DNA of 64,000 nucleotides from an uncultured Gammaproteobacteria bacterium. GTDB lineage: Bacteria > Pseudomonadota > Gammaproteobacteria > GCA-002705445 > GCA-002716945. The notes under the pieces were generated by a model. That model was not told the DNA's origin. It did no database searches and saw only the letters and a program-made list of their open reading frames with translations. Position numbers and translations under genes: made by a program. Shown in pieces: positions 60,500 through 64,000 of this stretch. Location: assembly GCA_913045115.1 (NCBI GenBank), contig CAJWPJ010000003.1:854-64853 (forward strand). Direction: 5' to 3'. Numbering within the stretch: the stretch's first letter is position 1; each line of letters starts with the position of its first letter.

Positions 60500-61137
60500 T
60501 GTCCCGAAAACAAGATTTATTAAGCCTCATGAATATCGATATATCATGGATGAAAAATATATCGCATGATGAAGTAAGCCATACAAGTTTTGAAGACTTA
60601 GAGCTGAATTCAAGGTACTGTGATAAATGCTCGCTGTCTGAGACAAGGAACAATGTAGTTTTTGGTAAAGGTAGTAAAGATGCTAAGATTTTAATCATTG
60701 GTGAGGCACCAGGTAAAGATGAGGATCAGAGTGGCGAGCCATTTGTTGGGAGAGCTGGGAAGCTATTAAATGAAATATTATTTTCTATGAAGCTTACAAG
60801 AGACAAGGTGTATATTACCAATACTGTAAAGTGTAGGCCACCTGAAAATAGAAATCCAAATAGTGATGAAATACAATCATGCTCTGGATTTTTAGATAGT
60901 CAAATTGACTCTATTTCACCCAAAATTATTATATTATTAGGGAAAGTAGCTGCTGAAAGCATAATGAACACCACTGAGACAATGGCATCCTTGAGAGGTA
61001 AGGTTCATTATTATAAAGATACTAAGATTCCTATGCTTGTTTTTTATCATCCAGCTTATTTATTAAGAAGTCCATCAGAAAAAAGAAAAGTTTGGGATGA
61101 TATATTACTAATGAGAACTATCACTGATGGCTGTTAA
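60499..61137 (+). CDS. Family 4 uracil-DNA glycosylase (4Fe-4S)
   Basis: CDKC, GEAPG..ED..GEPFVGRAG, KCRPP.NR.P, YHPAYLLR. Confidence 0.93.
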   Translation: MSRKQDLLSLMNIDISWMKNISHDEVSHTSFEDLELNSRYCDKCSLSETRNNVVFGKGSKDAKILIIGEAPGKDEDQSGEPFVGRAGKLLNEILFSMKLTRDKVYITNTVKCRPPENRNPNSDEIQSCSGFLDSQIDSISPKIIILLGKVAAESIMNTTETMASLRGKVHYYKDTKIPMLVFYHPAYLLRSPSEKRKVWDDILLMRTITDGC

Positions 61138-61588
61138 GAGTTCAGAGTTATACCGATTTCTCCCTATGAGAATTGATGATTTAAACATGGTGCATAACCT
61201 TGAAGCTGATTCATATCAATTTCCATGGACTAAGGAAATTATTAGAGACTGCATTCTTTATAACTATGATTCATACTCTGTCTTCTTTGGTGATAAAATC
61301 ATAGGTTATATAATCTCCAAAATTTCTTATCCTGAGACACATATTCTTAACCTGACTGTAAATTCTAAATTTAGAAATAATGGAATTGGTACTAGTCTTA
61401 TACAGCTTATTATAGATGATGCGCGCATAAGAAACTCTAAAGATATAATTCTCGAAGTAAGGACATCAAATGCTTCAGCTCAATCGCTTTATAAAAAATT
61501 AAAATTTGAAATAATAGGTCTCCGAAAAGATTACTATGAGTGCAAAGAAGGAAGAGAAGATGCGCTTGTTCTTAAGCTTGAGTTATAG
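61127..61588 (+). CDS. rimI: Ribosomal protein S18 alanine N-acetyltransferase
   Basis: FPW, HILNLTV, GIG, LEVR.SN, RKDYY....REDA. Confidence 0.92.
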   Translation: MAVKSSELYRFLPMRIDDLNMVHNLEADSYQFPWTKEIIRDCILYNYDSYSVFFGDKIIGYIISKISYPETHILNLTVNSKFRNNGIGTSLIQLIIDDARIRNSKDIILEVRTSNASAQSLYKKLKFEIIGLRKDYYECKEGREDALVLKLEL

Positions 61589-61849
61589 CTCATCTGGTGA
61601 TTTTGCAGTAATAGATAATGCATGGATTTCTGTTTTCATTAAATCCTGTAACGTCTTGTAAATAAGCTTATGCCTATCAATTTGACTCATATTTTTAAAT
61701 AACTTTGAGACAATGAAAAGCTTGAAGTGACCACCTGATTTAGCCCCTGCGTGTCCCACATGTAGATGACCTTCATCTTCAATATTCATCTTCTCTGGTT
61801 CTAGATCAGACAAACCATTTTTTATCAATTGCATTCTTTCTTCGGTCAT
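61583..61849 (-). CDS. bolA: BolA family protein
   Basis: DEGHLHVGHAG...GHF, RHKLIY, EIHALSI. Confidence 0.9.
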   Translation of the reverse strand: MTEERMQLIKNGLSDLEPEKMNIEDEGHLHVGHAGAKSGGHFKLFIVSKLFKNMSQIDRHKLIYKTLQDLMKTEIHALSITAKSPDEL

Positions 61850-61893
61850 GCTGGTATTATATGTTAAAATAAAAAAAATGTTAGATACAAAAT

Positions 61894-62898
61894 ATGTCTA
61901 AGGAAATTGTTTTTTCTGGGGTTCAGCCTACTGGAGAAATTCACCTAGGTAATTACCTTGGTGCGATTAAACAGTTTCTCGGCTTTCAAGATAAATCAGA
62001 TTCCATCTTTTGTATTGTAGATCAACATGCCATAACTATTTTTCAAGACCCGAATGAATTGAGGCGAAATGTACTTAGTGTACTAGCAATATTTATAGCA
62101 TCTGGCTTAGATCCGCAAAAATGCACAATATTTAATCAAGCATCAGTTAAGGAGCACAGCGTTTTGTCATGGTATCTTAGTTGCACGGCAAGGGTAGGTT
62201 GGCTTAATCGCATGACTCAATTCAAGGATAAAGCCGGTAAGAATCGCGATAATGCATCGTTAGGCTTATATGCTTACCCAGTACTAATGGCAGCAGACAT
62301 TTTGTTATATCATGCTGATAAGGTTCCTGTTGGAGATGATCAGAAATAGCACCTAGAGCTTACAAGAGATATAGCTCATAAATTCAATAGTGATTACAAT
62401 AGTGAATACTTCACACTTCCCGAACCCATTATTAATGAAAATGCACCAAGAATAATGAGCCTGAGGGATGCAAATAATAAAATGAGCAAGTCTGATGTTT
62501 CAAAATACTCTCGGATACTCCTTACAGATTCTAATGATGAAATATCTAACAAAATTAATAAGGCCAAGTCAGATTCACTTAGGATGCCAACATCAATCGA
62601 TCAGTTGAATGACAGACCAGAAATTAATAATTTAATAACTATTTATAGTTCTATTTCTAATCTTGATAAACAAAATGTTGTAGAATCATTTTCAGATAAG
62701 GAAATCTCAATCTTTAAGTCTGAGTTAAAAGATGTTGTTATCAACCTTGTAGAACCAATCGCATCAAGTATCAAAGAGATTTTAGCTGATCAAGCTTATT
62801 TAAAGTCAGTCCTAGATAAAGGCTCATCCAAAGCTAAAGATAGGGCATCAAAAACTATCTCTGAAATAAACGAATTAATGGGATTAAATTTTGACTGA
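61894..62898 (+). CDS. trpS: Tryptophan--tRNA ligase interrupted by a single in-frame TAG (62347-62349)
   Basis: [46 protein letters not shown]. Both ORF-track fragments are in the same frame (334 aa if read through). Confidence 0.93.
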
Positions 62899-63664
62899 TA
62901 TAACTGCAATATACAACGGTAAAAAAATTTCGCAAATACCTGAAGATTTATTTATACCACCAGAATATCTGAGAATAATTTTAGAAGAGTTTGAGGGACC
63001 AATGGATCTCTTATTATATCTTATAAAAAAACAAAATATTGATATTACCGATTTACCTATATTTCCAATCACTGAGCAATACATGAGATATATATCAATA
63101 ATGGAAGAAATGCATTTTGAGCTTGCATCTGATTATCTCGTAATGGCATCTACGCTCACAGAGATAAAGTCGAAATTATTACTGCCGACTGAGGCAGAGG
63201 ACGAAGAAGAGGATGATCCAAGAGCAAATCTTATAAAAAGATTATTAGAGTATCAAAAGTATAAAAATGCATCAGAAAAACTAGAAACTCTTCCCAGAAA
63301 CTTCAGAGATTTTTATGTTGTTTCAAATGCAGTTGATTCGAAAGAATCAAAAATTATAGAAACTCCTGATATCAAAATAGATCAGCTAAAGGTAGCATTT
63401 CTTGAAGTTCTAAAAAGAGCTGAGATATTTTCTACTCATAATATTCAATCAGAAACATTGTCAGTAAGAGAGAGAATGTCATTGATATTATCTGTTCTGA
63501 AGAAAGGTGATAATGTACAATTTGAAAAACTTTTTAACTTAGAAGAGGGAAGATTGGGCGTGATTGTTACCTTTCTAGCCATACTAGAATTAGTTAAAGA
63601 ATCTTTGATCGATATTATTCAAAATGAATCAATGTCTAGAGTATATATTGGTTTAAAATCATGA
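62891..63664 (+). CDS. scpA: SMC segregation protein ScpA
   Basis: DLFIPP, FEGPMDLLLYLI, YLVMA..L.EIKS, DPR, VTFLAILEL. Confidence 0.95.
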   Translation: MTDITAIYNGKKISQIPEDLFIPPEYLRIILEEFEGPMDLLLYLIKKQNIDITDLPIFPITEQYMRYISIMEEMHFELASDYLVMASTLTEIKSKLLLPTEAEDEEEDDPRANLIKRLLEYQKYKNASEKLETLPRNFRDFYVVSNAVDSKESKIIETPDIKIDQLKVAFLEVLKRAEIFSTHNIQSETLSVRERMSLILSVLKKGDNVQFEKLFNLEEGRLGVIVTFLAILELVKESLIDIIQNESMSRVYIGLKS

Positions 63665-64000
63665 ATCACACTTTGGAAAATATAATTGAATGCCTACTTT
63701 TAATAAGCGACGAACCTTTATCTGTTAATCAGATACTTAAAATATTGGATGATAAAACAGTTACCAAAAAGAACATTGAATCATCTATCTCTAACCTTAA
63801 TAAAATATTTGAAAATAGAGCCATTCACATAAGTCATGTTGCGAGTGGCTACCGATTTCAAGCTAAACCAGGTTTAGAAAACTATATTTCCAAGCTAAAA
63901 GATAAAGGAACTAATAAGTTCTCAAAAGCTTTTTTGGAGACAATTTCGATAATTGCCTACAAACAGCCTGTAACAAGAGGTGATATTGAGGACATCAGGG
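63661..64000 (+). CDS. scpB: SMC segregation protein ScpB, partial (runs off the window)
   Basis: Manual translation: MNHTLENIIECLLLISDEPLS...VASGYRFQ...LETISIIAYKQPVTRGDIEDIR. Confidence 0.93.
   Translation, partial: MNHTLENIIECLLLISDEPLSVNQILKILDDKTVTKKNIESSISNLNKIFENRAIHISHVASGYRFQAKPGLENYISKLKDKGTNKFSKAFLETISIIAYKQPVTRGDIEDIR

Noticed and set aside
61894..62898. Genome-wide TAG->Gln recoding
   Set aside because: Several genes terminate at TAG at expected lengths, and no other internal TAG was noticed.

Overview
A gene-dense, AT-rich (~30% GC by eye) chromosomal segment of a streamlined Gammaproteobacterium, probably marine (inferred from gene content and synteny). Most genes overlap or abut. 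In order: (i) a GC-richer, 5'-truncated phytoene desaturase (crtI) fragment joined back-to-back to a 5'-truncated ATP-grasp gene, probably a chimeric junction near 1216; (ii) a cluster for tetrahydromethanopterin/methylofuran C1-cofactor biosynthesis (MfnD-like, MfnF-like, pabB, mfnB, DUF447, Orf20 pteroate-synthase-like, dmrB/afpA) plus mobA; (iii) dusA, an uncharacterised methyltransferase and RNase P RNA; (iv) a complete but rearranged dcw cluster; (v) secA-argJ-mutT, zapD-coaE, nadE, bamD-rluD-pgeF and an RND pump whose adaptor lacks the alpha-hairpin; (vi) aspS-nadA-yebC-ruvC-queE-queC with no ruvAB or tol-pal; (vii) a sulfur module (YeeE/YedE, tRNA-Lys, secreted alpha/beta hydrolase, lipoprotein, soxXYZA, tusA); (viii) ilvIHC-pssA-leuA-udg-rimI, bolA, trpS with one in-frame TAG, and scpAB. 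The most striking structure is in the dcw cluster. ftsZ sits between ftsL and ftsI with a perfect Shine-Dalgarno. It is followed by an intrinsic-terminator-like hairpin inside the ftsI coding region, and ftsI has no canonical start codon; the likely ATT start overlaps the ftsZ stop. A 64-aa J-domain-only gene is also inserted in the cluster. Other notable items are an unannotated 26-aa membrane peptide coupled on both sides, apparently leaderless promoters, and co-occurrence of H4MPT-linked C1 genes with Sox genes. No mobile elements, CRISPR arrays or rRNA were seen. Family assignments come from motif recognition, not database searches.
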